Of a stretch of DNA of 20,000 nt, positions 8,638 to 16,832 are shown piece after piece. The notes under the pieces are model-generated. The model made no database searches. It worked only from the letters and a program-made list of their open reading frames with translations, and was not told the origin of the DNA. The position numbers and the translations under genes were made by a program. The DNA is from Candidatus Thorarchaeota archaeon (GTDB taxonomy: Archaea > Asgardarchaeota > Thorarchaeia > Thorarchaeales > Thorarchaeaceae). The stretch lies in the NCBI GenBank assembly GCA_019057475.1, contig DXJO01000038.1:84801-104800 (forward strand). The letters run 5' to 3'. Numbering within the stretch: the stretch's first letter is position 1; each line of letters begins with the position of its first letter.

Positions 8638-9118
8638 CAAAGTTTCACTGGAACATGTCCAGCAGTACTCTACACATAAAAAAAGGGAATGTATCTATTT
8701 GAAGCTGTCGCTGTTAACATATGGTCTTGCAATTCAAAAGCTTCCGCTTCGCCAATCGATTGCAGTTCGCGCCAATTAGCAATGCTAATAACAATCCATG
8801 TTTAGGTTCTCAAGTCCGGATTTAACACGCCCGGCCGCGAGGGCGCACTGAGATTTGCTCGATGATGTGTTGCGCAAAGGCTGGGAAACAGTCTGGATTC
8901 AGCCTGTTGAATACCATTTGGACGAGCCACAACGGACTCGTATGATAGGGATGTAAATCCTCAGATGAATCATGGGTCACCCTGGTTTCGTACATTGACA
9001 GGCCGGTCAGTGCCATAATGTCCCGGCACGAGACAGCTCAGTGGAGCCGGAGGTAACCTCTGACGCTGTGATACTGGGAGTTAGTGTGATGGGACACAGG
9101 CATTGACCACCATCGTAG

Positions 9119-9793
9119 TTAGACTTCTACAGACTCGCCGGGCTTGACAATCTCAACCTTTACTTCTGGAACTTGCTTGTTCACAAGACGCTTGAACTCC
9201 GCAGGGTCTGCCTGGATGACCGGGAAGGTGTCGTAGTGCATCGGAATCACAACGCGTGGCTTGATTAGCTCAGTAGCCGCGGCGGCCTGGTGGACATCCA
9301 TAACATAGTATGATCCAATAGGCGCAAAGAATACGTCGGGTTCATAGAGCTGTCCGAACAGCTTCATACTGGCAAACACACTAGTATCCCCTGGATGATA
9401 GAAAGTGCCACTGGGAAATCTGACGATGAAACCAGTAGGCGCTCCCACTCCACATGAATGAAACGCCTGCACCAGTGTCACGATTACACCATCAATATCC
9501 ACACTACCGCCAATGTTCAGAGTGTGAACGTTCTTGGCACCCCCCTGCTCTCGTGCTTGGATTGCCAGCTCGTTTATTGCTACGAAGTAGGCTCTGGTCT
9601 TCTTGCAGATCTCGAGCGCTTCTGAATAGCCATGGTCCCCGTGATCATGAGTGACAAGCACAATGTCCGCTTTATCTACATCTTTGACCTTCATCGGTGA
9701 GGTTGGACCATTCAACCAAGGGTCAACATATACAGTCTTGCCATCTGCTTCAACCTTGAATGAAGCGTGACCGAGATATGTAATCTTCATCAT
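9119..9793 (-). CDS. Metallo-beta-lactamase-fold metal-dependent hydrolase (UPF0173-like), 224 aa
   Basis: MKITYLGHASFKVE...VYVDPWLNGP...LVTHDHGDHGYSEAL...GCGAPTGFIV-like...FYHPGDTSVFASM...VVIPMHYDTFP. Confidence 0.93.
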   Translation of the reverse strand: MMKITYLGHASFKVEADGKTVYVDPWLNGPTSPMKVKDVDKADIVLVTHDHGDHGYSEALEICKKTRAYFVAINELAIQAREQGGAKNVHTLNIGGSVDIDGVIVTLVQAFHSCGVGAPTGFIVRFPSGTFYHPGDTSVFASMKLFGQLYEPDVFFAPIGSYYVMDVHQAAAATELIKPRVVIPMHYDTFPVIQADPAEFKRLVNKQVPEVKVEIVKPGESVEV

Positions 9794-9938
9794 ATCATTC
9801 CCTGAATTATTCTAGGTCCATACTTGAGCAGTTTCTTACTTCAATGCTTTGGCTTGTTCGATACGTTGCGCAAGTGTTGATGGCGTGCGTCATTTGCGGC
9901 CATCAAGCAGCTTTAAGACCGCGCCTGAGGCCGGCTGC

Positions 9939-10847
9939 ATGATTATTCACATGACAATTCGTCCGACTCCAGATTTCATTAAGGCTGGAGCTATTGCCGC
10001 AAGGGTTCTGAGTGAAGTCGTTAAAGAAGTCCGACCGGGTGTGAAGGTCATTAGGATTTGCCAGCTGGCTGAACATAAGATAGCAGAGTATGGGGGCAAA
10101 CCAGCCTTTCCCTGCAATGTTTCGATAGATGATGAGGCTGCTCATTACACCAGTCCCCATGGGGACAAGAAGGTGTTTCCGGACAAAGGGCTCGTCAAGG
10201 TGGACCTAGGGGCGCACGTGAATGGTCATCTATCTGATACAGCAATAACAGTAGACCTAGATGGATCTTACGAGAAATTTGTCACAGCAGCCAAAAATGC
10301 TCTTGAGAGGGCAATCGAGGTGATTGAACCTGGTGTGAAGCTTGGAGAGGTAGGCGCAGTCATCGAGAGAGAGATAAAGAAACATGGTCTACGTCCGGTC
10401 CACCAACTCTCAGGACATCAACTGAAGCCTTGGATGCTTCACGCAGGAAAAACTGTGCCAAATGTTGGCATGCGAAGAAGCGAGAGGATGAACCTTGGCG
10501 AAACCTTCGCAATCGAACCCTTCTCCACCGACGGCAATGGAACAGTCAAGGGCAGTAAGGATGCATACATCTTTTCGAATATCATGTCCAGCAAGAAGAA
10601 GCTGGACCGCCTGTCTGCACAGATTTGTACCATAGCTCGGCGCAAATTCGGAACACTACCCTGGGCAGTAAGATGGCTAAACGACAAAAAGATAGACGTC
10701 ACAGCAGCTCTTCACTCCCTCCTAAAGGCTGGTGTCATCAGAGCCTATCCTGTCCTGCTCGAAGGCAAGAGCGGCATGGTCGCCCAGTTCGAACACACGA
10801 TTTTTGTCGCGGAGGAAGGGGCGATTGTTACAACTCTGCCCAATTGA
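9939..10847 (+). CDS. map: Methionine aminopeptidase type II, copy 1 (start at 9939 or 9951 rather than 9849)
   Basis: AEYGGKPAFPCNVSID, AAHYTSP, VKVDLGAH, LSDTA, LSGHQLKPWMLHAGK, FAIEPF, AQFEHTIFV: substrate His and all five metal ligands present. Residues before the 9939 ATG do not resemble the family. Confidence 0.9.
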   Translation: MIIHMTIRPTPDFIKAGAIAARVLSEVVKEVRPGVKVIRICQLAEHKIAEYGGKPAFPCNVSIDDEAAHYTSPHGDKKVFPDKGLVKVDLGAHVNGHLSDTAITVDLDGSYEKFVTAAKNALERAIEVIEPGVKLGEVGAVIEREIKKHGLRPVHQLSGHQLKPWMLHAGKTVPNVGMRRSERMNLGETFAIEPFSTDGNGTVKGSKDAYIFSNIMSSKKKLDRLSAQICTIARRKFGTLPWAVRWLNDKKIDVTAALHSLLKAGVIRAYPVLLEGKSGMVAQFEHTIFVAEEGAIVTTLPN

Positions 10848-10912
10848 CAGTAGATAGCGTGTTCAAAGAACTTCTTAAGAGCGCGACACGAACCACTTCT
10901 GCGTGCACATCA

Positions 10913-11812
10913 ATGAATGCAAGACCTAGTCCTGCTCAAGTGAAGGCGGGCAAGATCGCAGCCAGGGTCCTTCAAGAAGCCTGTCATGAGGTGAAGCCGG
11001 GGGCTTTGGTCCGCACAATCTGCAGCACTGCAGAGAAGAAGATAATCAAATATGGCGGCAGCCCTGCCTTCCCATGTAATATTTGCATAGACCAGATCGC
11101 TGCACACTACACATCACCCAAAGATGATCGGGTCAAAATCCCTGATTCTGGTCTAGTGAAGGTTGACATCGGCGTGCACGTCGATGGATACATCGCCGAT
11201 ACTGCACGAACTCTCGATGTAGACGGCACTTTGGAGGGTTTCGTGGCAGCAACAGAGGACGCACTGGAAGAGGCAATCAATCTACTCAAACCCGGACTAC
11301 CCCTTGGAGATGTGGGCAAGCTGATTGAGAAAATAATCAAGGCATATGGCCTCCGTCCTATCAAGAACCTCTCTGGCCACAGTCTGAAGCGGTACAGACT
11401 ACATGCAGGGAAGACAATACCAAATGTCAAACGGCGAGGGACTGAGAAAGTGGAGATTGGCGACTGCTATGCCATTGAGCCTTTCGCTACAAATGGGACC
11501 GGTACTGTGATAGACAGTGATTATGTCTACATATTCGCAAATACGGGTATTGACGACCCCCTTGAGGGGTTGACAGAGAAGCTTAGGCTGCATCTCCGAG
11601 AGCGCTACGGCCCGTTTCCTTTTGCATCACGCTGGATAGGAACTGCTGGCACGCAGCTTGACATAGGTGATGGACTCAAGGATCTGCTGAAGACCAAAGC
11701 AATCCAGGGCTATCCTGTGCAGGTTGAGAAGAAGGGTCGCCTAGTAGCCCAGTCTGAACACACCGTCTTCATTTCAAGTGAAGGCCCGATGATACTGACC
11801 AAACCAGATTAG
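10913..11812 (+). CDS. map: Methionine aminopeptidase type II, copy 2, tandem paralogue (ORF-track start 10625 is too long)
   Basis: IKYGGSPAFPCNICIDQIAAHYTSP, VKVDIGVHVDG, IADTA, LSGHSLKRYRLHAGK, YAIEPFA, AQSEHTVFI. Homology starts near MNARPSPAQVKAGK (ATG at 10913); the earlier ORF part overlaps copy 1 out of frame. Confidence 0.92.
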   Translation: MNARPSPAQVKAGKIAARVLQEACHEVKPGALVRTICSTAEKKIIKYGGSPAFPCNICIDQIAAHYTSPKDDRVKIPDSGLVKVDIGVHVDGYIADTARTLDVDGTLEGFVAATEDALEEAINLLKPGLPLGDVGKLIEKIIKAYGLRPIKNLSGHSLKRYRLHAGKTIPNVKRRGTEKVEIGDCYAIEPFATNGTGTVIDSDYVYIFANTGIDDPLEGLTEKLRLHLRERYGPFPFASRWIGTAGTQLDIGDGLKDLLKTKAIQGYPVQVEKKGRLVAQSEHTVFISSEGPMILTKPD

Positions 11813-12171
11813 AACCTGTCCTTCTCCGGCTCTTCTCTGACGACATAAACGCCCTCTATAGTCATCTTTCCACTACACTTGGGGCAGTTCGCCTCCAAGG
11901 GCTTGAGAATATAATCGCCTTTCTCGTAATCACGTATCTCCTTGAAGTCGCACCCGTTACACCTGATCTCAGTGACTGTCGGAAGTGTTGGTTTTACTTC
12001 CTTCTTTTTTCGGCCTGCAGTTAGCAGGCTGAATCCTACTGACATTACTACAAGGCCAACGATGAATAGAATGAACGATAGGCTTCCCGCATTAGGGTCC
12101 ATCCCGTAGGTCAGAATCAGAGCACCACCGGCTGTCAAGACCACGCCAAGTATCTTAGAAATAGTTCCCAT
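11809..12171 (-). CDS. Small membrane protein with two N-terminal TM segments and a C-terminal zinc ribbon, 120 aa
   Basis: Hydrophobic VLTAGGALILTYG and LSFILFIVGLVVMSVGFSLL followed by CNGCDF...CPKCSGK. Confidence 0.75.
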   Translation of the reverse strand: MGTISKILGVVLTAGGALILTYGMDPNAGSLSFILFIVGLVVMSVGFSLLTAGRKKKEVKPTLPTVTEIRCNGCDFKEIRDYEKGDYILKPLEANCPKCSGKMTIEGVYVVREEPEKDRF

Positions 12172-12180
12172 GTAAACACC

Positions 12181-13299
12181 TCAGAGGCCTATGCCAATTG
12201 TATTCCCAATGCCTGCAAGGATAATCTTGTCGCCTGGCTTGGTTCTCTTTGCAATCGCAATCTTGATTCGCTCGATGACCTCAGGCACAGAATCAAGTAC
12301 TCGTTTGTCCATTACTCCAACAGCTGCGGCTTCATCTTCCTTTATCACTATTGCCTCGATGCCAATTCCGTACTCGGTTGCAGCCTGTTCAATTGCATAT
12401 TTCTCCGGCCCTAGGTCGCCGATTGCCGCTCCAGTTCCCTCTGAAACACGACCCATCTCCTCGCCCTCAAGCTTGAGAGCCGCATCCACTGTGATTATTC
12501 GAGCTATCTTTCCCTTGTTGTCTGCAACAATCTTCTTCACTGCAAAGCCGGGCTTGCCCACCGTTCCGCCCGGACCAGTTGCTCTCAAGGCATAGACGGT
12601 GCGTCCCTCAACTTTAATGGGGTAGTAGCCCACCTCTTTGGTGACCTCGTGAACATAGGTTTCAGGAGTTGCATCATATTCCCTCGCTAGCTTGGTGACG
12701 ACAAGTGGGCCGATGCCGTCCCCAATTGGTTTTCCTTGAGCGAATGCTTCCATTGCGTCGGAGTATGCTTTGGCAAGACGCAGTAGCTCCGGCATTATCA
12801 TCTGAACCTGCATTACCATAATTGTACTGCCAGTCTTCTTGCCAAGCAGATAGAAGTGACGGACAATCCGGAAGATTAGACTCAGTACTTGGGTCACTTC
12901 CAGAGTGTTCTCGAGATTCATTCTTTCACTGTTACTGGCATCTGGAGTTAGATCAGTGACGAACTCTTGGAAGCGGTCTCTGCGTTGATCAAGAAGGTGG
13001 TCTAGACGCTTCAAGATTCCTGCTGGGTCCAAATCCACTGGCATGATTGTAAAATAGTCCAGCCATCGGTCAATTTCCTTGGCGACTTCCTCCTCTTCTG
13101 TGCCATGCTCTTTGAATACATCAATGGCAGATTGCCTAGACTCGATTGCCATGCGCTTTAGCTCTATCAGACCAGCTTCAATCTGCTTGAGCCATTGCCA
13201 CATCTGTATTTTCGTCCCATAAAGGCTCATTGTAATGATGAAGGCAAAGAATACGAGGTTGAGTATCCAGCTATAATCGCCTTCCAGATTGATTTGCAT
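12181..13299 (-). CDS. Archaeal DUF1512-like membrane-anchored protein, 372 aa
   Basis: N-terminal TM (WILNLVFFAFIITMSLYG) then KIQMWQWLKQIE...LMRLAKAYSDAMEAFAQGKPIGDGIGPLV; intact long ORF. Family name is by recollection. Confidence 0.75.
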   Translation of the reverse strand: MQINLEGDYSWILNLVFFAFIITMSLYGTKIQMWQWLKQIEAGLIELKRMAIESRQSAIDVFKEHGTEEEEVAKEIDRWLDYFTIMPVDLDPAGILKRLDHLLDQRRDRFQEFVTDLTPDASNSERMNLENTLEVTQVLSLIFRIVRHFYLLGKKTGSTIMVMQVQMIMPELLRLAKAYSDAMEAFAQGKPIGDGIGPLVVTKLAREYDATPETYVHEVTKEVGYYPIKVEGRTVYALRATGPGGTVGKPGFAVKKIVADNKGKIARIITVDAALKLEGEEMGRVSEGTGAAIGDLGPEKYAIEQAATEYGIGIEAIVIKEDEAAAVGVMDKRVLDSVPEVIERIKIAIAKRTKPGDKIILAGIGNTIGIGL

Positions 13300-13427
13300 G
13301 CTCGGTCTGACTAAGAGTTGTCCTTTAATCCTTGTGAACGATGCAAGATAACGGGTAATGTGCAGGACCAGTCAGATTGTTCCCTCGACGATATCGAACT
13401 GTGAATAAAGGAATTATTGAAGTGATT

Positions 13428-13443
13428 AGAAAAGGGAAAAATG
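13428..13443 (-). terminator. Probable T-rich terminator of the 5S rRNA
   Basis: Directly after the 5S 3' end the minus strand reads ATTTTTCCCTTTTCTA. Confidence 0.45.
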
Positions 13444-13559
13444 TGCCAGCTCAAGGGCTTGTCACGGGCTCGCGCACCGCACATTTCCCTTGACGGACAT
13501 CGGGCTTAACTTCTGAGATCGGAACGAGATCAGGTGAACCCCGACGCCTTTGGCCGGCA
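13444..13559 (-). rRNA. rrf: 5S ribosomal RNA
   Basis: Minus strand TGCCGGC...CACCTGATCTCGTTCCGATCTCAGAAGTTAAGCCCGATG...GGTGCGCGAGCCCGTG...GCTGGCA. The CCGAUCUCAGAAGUUAAGCCC core is diagnostic, and the TGCCGGC/GCTGGCA termini pair as helix I. Ends good to 1-3 nt. Confidence 0.93.
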
Positions 13560-13584
13560 TCGTCCTCTGTCCGGTTACATTGTG

Positions 13585-13591
13585 TTTTAAA
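13585..13591 (-). promoter_or_regulatory. Probable TATA box of the 5S rRNA gene
   Basis: Minus strand GGTTTAAAACAC; TTTAAAA centred about 29 nt upstream of the inferred 5S 5' end. Confidence 0.55.
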
Positions 13592-13689
13592 CCTTACCTT
13601 GCGTCAGCTATGGGCGCCTTGAGGATTCCAACCACCACAGTCATGGAACAACTGGATCTGGAATTTGAACTGGAAAAGGAACCTATGGA

Positions 13690-13800
13690 TGGTGGGGCGA
13701 GTGGGATTCGAACCCACGATCGACGAGTGACTCTTCGTTATGACCCCTTAGTTTCATAAGATCTGGAGCCCGTCGCCATACCGGGCTAGGCCACCGCCCC
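13690..13800 (-). tRNA. tRNA-Trp, anticodon CCA, with intron and encoded 3' CCA
   Basis: Minus strand GGGGCGGTGGCCTAGCCCGGTATGGCGACGGGCTCCAG[intron]ACTCGTCGATCGTGGGTTCGAATCCCACTCGCCCCACCA. Acceptor, D, anticodon (ACGGG/CTCGT), and T arm (GTGGG TTCGAAT CCCAC) all form; loop CU-CCA-GA. Confidence 0.93.
13729..13762 (-). other. 34-nt archaeal tRNA intron at position 37/38
   Basis: ATCTTATGAAACTAAGGGGTCATAACGAAGAGTC; folds via TTATGA/TCATAA. Exon CUCC opposite AGAG with AG|A and UC|A bulges gives a near-canonical bulge-helix-bulge with one C-A mismatch. Confidence 0.85.
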
Positions 13801-13931
13801 GAATGCTGGTATAGAGGGTCTAGATGCTATCGACCCGAAATGGCGTGAAGTTCGACATTGATAAGAACCTTTCGCCAACAATAGCCGTGCAGACAGATTT
13901 GATAATAAGCGGGAGTCATTCTTGCATTGTT

Positions 13932-14618
13932 ATGAGCCCCAGCGATAGTGAACTTCGCGGCGTTGCCGGGATTGATGAGGCCGGCCGCGGTCCATTAATC
14001 GGCCCTCTTGTTGTTTGTGGAACACTTTTCGAGCAAGAAATGATTCACGATTTGAATGATTTGAGAGTGAAGGACTCAAAGAAGTTGACTCCAAGGCGCC
14101 GAACGCAGCTATTGGAACCAATCAAAAGGCTTGCCAGCAAGATTGAATTGCGGTCCATATCGGCGTCTGAAATCGACAGGCTGAGAGGGCAAAAAGTGAA
14201 TCTGAATGAGATTGAAGTCCGTGCGTTTGTTTCCATAGCCCAAGCTCTGAAACCCTCCTTGCTATATTTGGATGCCGTAGACGTAAAGGCGCAAAGATTC
14301 GGAACAGCGGTTTCCGAGCGAAGCGGTCTGTCGACGTTGGGGTGCAAAGTCGTGTCAGAACACAAAGCCGATTCGAAGTACCCTGTTGTTTCTGCAGCTT
14401 CTATCGTGGCCAAGGTAGAGCGCGATACAGCTATCAAGCTTCTTCATGAGGAGTTTGGAGATTTCGGCTCTGGCTATCCGTCAGATCCAAAGACTATCGA
14501 GTTCGTCCGGGGTTTCCTGTCCGATACAGGGGAACTACCAAGCATAATCCGGCACAGCTGGGAATCAGTCAACAGAATACGAGATGAATTAAGGGCCAAG
14601 CAGTTGAGCCTTGGCTAG
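13932..14618 (+). CDS. rnhB: Ribonuclease HII, about 228 aa (start at 13932 favoured over 13824)
   Basis: VAGIDEAGRGPLIGPLVVCG, RVKDSKKLTPRRR, LLYLDAVDVKA, VVSEHKADSKYPVVSAASIVAKVERD, GSGYPSDPKT. Confidence 0.95.
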   Translation: MSPSDSELRGVAGIDEAGRGPLIGPLVVCGTLFEQEMIHDLNDLRVKDSKKLTPRRRTQLLEPIKRLASKIELRSISASEIDRLRGQKVNLNEIEVRAFVSIAQALKPSLLYLDAVDVKAQRFGTAVSERSGLSTLGCKVVSEHKADSKYPVVSAASIVAKVERDTAIKLLHEEFGDFGSGYPSDPKTIEFVRGFLSDTGELPSIIRHSWESVNRIRDELRAKQLSLG

Positions 14619-14625
14619 CCTCAGT

Positions 14626-15588
14626 CTATGTGCTTGATCTCTCATCTAGTATCTTCTTGAGATCACGTGGCTTTTCAATGTCATCTAGTTCATGTTGTCT
14701 AATCACTGGCAAATCTGATACGCTCTCTTGTGCGCGACCTTCTTCCACAATGATGAGTGCGTCAGACTCCGTGACGCTGGAAAGGCTCTTCAGAATCCCA
14801 ACGCGTTTCTGCAGTCCCCCGCTCTTTAGTGAGCCAACTCCGGATATCAGCGGAGGTCCTTTCTCCTTTGCTGCCACGTTGAACGGAGCACGGTCAGTCC
14901 AAAGCACCTTCATACCTAATCGGTCGAAGAATTCATTCACCTTTATCTCAAGATTGGGTATTTGCATTGGCTTTCCTGGCTCGGTGAGATGCTCTCGTGC
15001 CCAGGGCTCACTAAAGACATCAATGGGTATCACAAGATCAGTTTCAAGTACTTTCTCTAAGCAATCAGCCACGTTGGTGCTAATATCCATCTCATCCTTC
15101 TCATATGCCAAGATAGCTCGGGCTGAAACTTCAACACATTCAGCTAGTTCCTCCTTGGTCATGCTCTGGGAGAGCCGCACCTCTCTGAGCTTTGCACCAT
15201 CGATTGCTACAAACCGCCCACCCCGCTGGATGAATTCACGAGGCATCTTCCTTTCTGCAATTATGCTACGTAGACTAGTTGGTGCGATGGTGGAAACTCC
15301 ATATCTCTTGTACACCACGCCAGAGCTAAGCGCAGCTCTCCGAGTTCTTATTCCTATTATGAGCGGAGTAGCGTTGAAGAAATGAGCAATAAGCTGAAGC
15401 GCAATTGCGTCCTCACTGGTCAAGGAGTCAATGTTGGCCAAGACCTTTACAAGTATGAGTTGGTCTTCCCTACGCGCTACCAAGTCAAAGCAACTCGGAC
15501 GCACATCACATTGTGATGACGGACTAAACCCAGCTTCCTCTAACTGAGTAGTCACATCGCGAATGAGCTTGGTTCTAGCCTTGGTCAA
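14626..15588 (-). CDS. Archaeal HTH-type (XRE-like) transcriptional regulator, 320 aa
   Basis: N-terminal nuclease-like region (CDVRPSCFDLVARREDQLILVKVLANIDSL) followed by HTH LREVRLSQSMTKEELAECVEVSARAILAYEKDEMDIS and C-terminal archaeal extension. Confidence 0.85.
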   Translation of the reverse strand: MTKARTKLIRDVTTQLEEAGFSPSSQCDVRPSCFDLVARREDQLILVKVLANIDSLTSEDAIALQLIAHFFNATPLIIGIRTRRAALSSGVVYKRYGVSTIAPTSLRSIIAERKMPREFIQRGGRFVAIDGAKLREVRLSQSMTKEELAECVEVSARAILAYEKDEMDISTNVADCLEKVLETDLVIPIDVFSEPWAREHLTEPGKPMQIPNLEIKVNEFFDRLGMKVLWTDRAPFNVAAKEKGPPLISGVGSLKSGGLQKRVGILKSLSSVTESDALIIVEEGRAQESVSDLPVIRQHELDDIEKPRDLKKILDERSST

Positions 15589-15664
15589 AGCAAACGTCTC
15601 TCATTCAACCTACGAATGTAACCTTTTCAGGATTCCTGCTTGTACATGCAAAGGCATGAACCAC

Positions 15665-16126
15665 TCACTCTGGCTTTCCGCGATTCGTTTCAGCAGACAT
15701 TGTGAATCCTATGCAAGTAGTGGATGGCAATTTGCGACGTAGTACTTGCACCTGAGGTCTTACCAGTCGGTCATTTATTTTCCACCCCGGGAGTTTATCC
15801 CATTCTAGGTCAACATCTCCTACGATAAGATGCTGAATGAGAAACAACTCCACTTTGTTACCTGCAATGGTGTGCATTCCTGGTCCATAGTCGATGCGTC
15901 TTAGAATCACTATTGGCAACCATATATCGCCATGGAACTTCCGTGGAACTATCTCTCCGAGTTTTGCGATTTCCTCTTTGTGAAAGGCTGAGGTTTCGCC
16001 ATTGCGAGTAATGTATTGGGGCGATTCTGCAGCGATCAACTCTTTGAGAGAAATTCTCCCTCTGGGCAAGTCATCATTAATAGAGTCTATGTCATGTTCC
16101 AGCAATTTGTCGATGTTCGAACCCAC
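15665..16126 (-). CDS. UPF0216 (DUF61) family protein, 153 aa
   Basis: INDDLPRGRISLKELIAAESPQYITRNGETSAFHKEEIAKLGEIVPRKFHGDIWLPIVILRR matches the family pattern. Confidence 0.8.
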   Translation of the reverse strand: MGSNIDKLLEHDIDSINDDLPRGRISLKELIAAESPQYITRNGETSAFHKEEIAKLGEIVPRKFHGDIWLPIVILRRIDYGPGMHTIAGNKVELFLIQHLIVGDVDLEWDKLPGWKINDRLVRPQVQVLRRKLPSTTCIGFTMSAETNRGKPE

Positions 16127-16139
16127 TTAATGCCCTCCA

Positions 16140-16832
16140 TCATCCTGTTACTCGGACAACTATCATCATGTGATCCTTCTCCAGCGGTTCAAGATCTACC
16201 GTTTCCACAATCTCAAGATCGTAGTTGTCGAGCGTGGATATCTCCTTTTTGTAAACTGTCCTAACATCAGCTGTAGAATCTATGCTGCGCGCCTTGATAG
16301 CGATCATACCCCATGCTCCGTCTGAACAGAATGCACTAAGATTCTCAAAGAAAATTCTCGCTTGATCCGTTTGAGCAACATCTTGGTAGACGACATCAAT
16401 AGGACCTGCCACTAGAGGGGAATATCTGGTTGGGTGTCTGGCATCGCTAACGATTGGGAACACGTTGGTCCTAGTTTCGCTCAGCTGGAGCAGTTTTCTT
16501 GCAACTCGTGGTGAGAACTCTACAGCGTAGATGATGCCCCGCGGGCCTACAATATCAGACACATGACTTACTGTGGTTCCCGAGGCAGCTCCTAGGTAGA
16601 GCACTCTGGAACCTGGTTGTATTGGCATCTCCTTTAGGCCTTTCAGAATGGATGCTGCCAACTTTGATCGTCTTGGCATCCAGAGTCGAAATTCGCCATC
16701 TTCTGCTTTAATCAGCTTCTCTCCGTAAACACTTTCACCCGGAACTAATGAGAGCGTGGCGAGCGATGACCTCTCTCCAGTTTTGATTGTGAAGATCCCC
16801 GGTAACCGGTGCTTCTCAACCTTCGTTATCAC
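16140..16832 (-). CDS. flpA: Fibrillarin-like rRNA/tRNA 2'-O-methyltransferase, 230 aa (GTG start)
   Basis: FRLWMPRRSKLAASILKG, VLYLGAASGTTVSHVSDIVGPRGIIYAVEFSPR, VDVVYQDVAQTDQARIF, MIAIKARSIDST. Confidence 0.96.
   Translation of the reverse strand: MITKVEKHRLPGIFTIKTGERSSLATLSLVPGESVYGEKLIKAEDGEFRLWMPRRSKLAASILKGLKEMPIQPGSRVLYLGAASGTTVSHVSDIVGPRGIIYAVEFSPRVARKLLQLSETRTNVFPIVSDARHPTRYSPLVAGPIDVVYQDVAQTDQARIFFENLSAFCSDGAWGMIAIKARSIDSTADVRTVYKKEISTLDNYDLEIVETVDLEPLEKDHMMIVVRVTG

Noticed and set aside
8501-8640. C/D box guide RNA based on ATGATGA strings
   Set aside because: C-box-like motifs are present but I found no CUGA D box at a suitable distance on either strand.
8822-9016. 64-aa minus-strand ORF in the large intergenic gap
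   Set aside because: Short, no recognised motif and no clear promoter or ribosome-binding site; kept only as part of the intergenic-region finding.
8348-9118. SRP RNA or RNase P RNA in the gap
   Set aside because: No helix-8 type GGAAG...AGCAG core for SRP and no convincing pair of RNase P conserved regions. The GGGAAACAGTCTGG string at 8883-8896 is only superficially similar to RNase P CR-I.
10625-10912. N-terminal extension of the second MetAP ORF
   Set aside because: Overlaps copy 1 out of frame with no family similarity; true start is most likely 10913.
13550-13759. 69-aa plus-strand ORF
   Set aside because: It runs antisense through tRNA-Trp, touches the 5S 5' end, and lacks recognisable protein features (it contains 'GIRTHDRRVTLRYD', a typical spurious translation of a tRNA T-arm).
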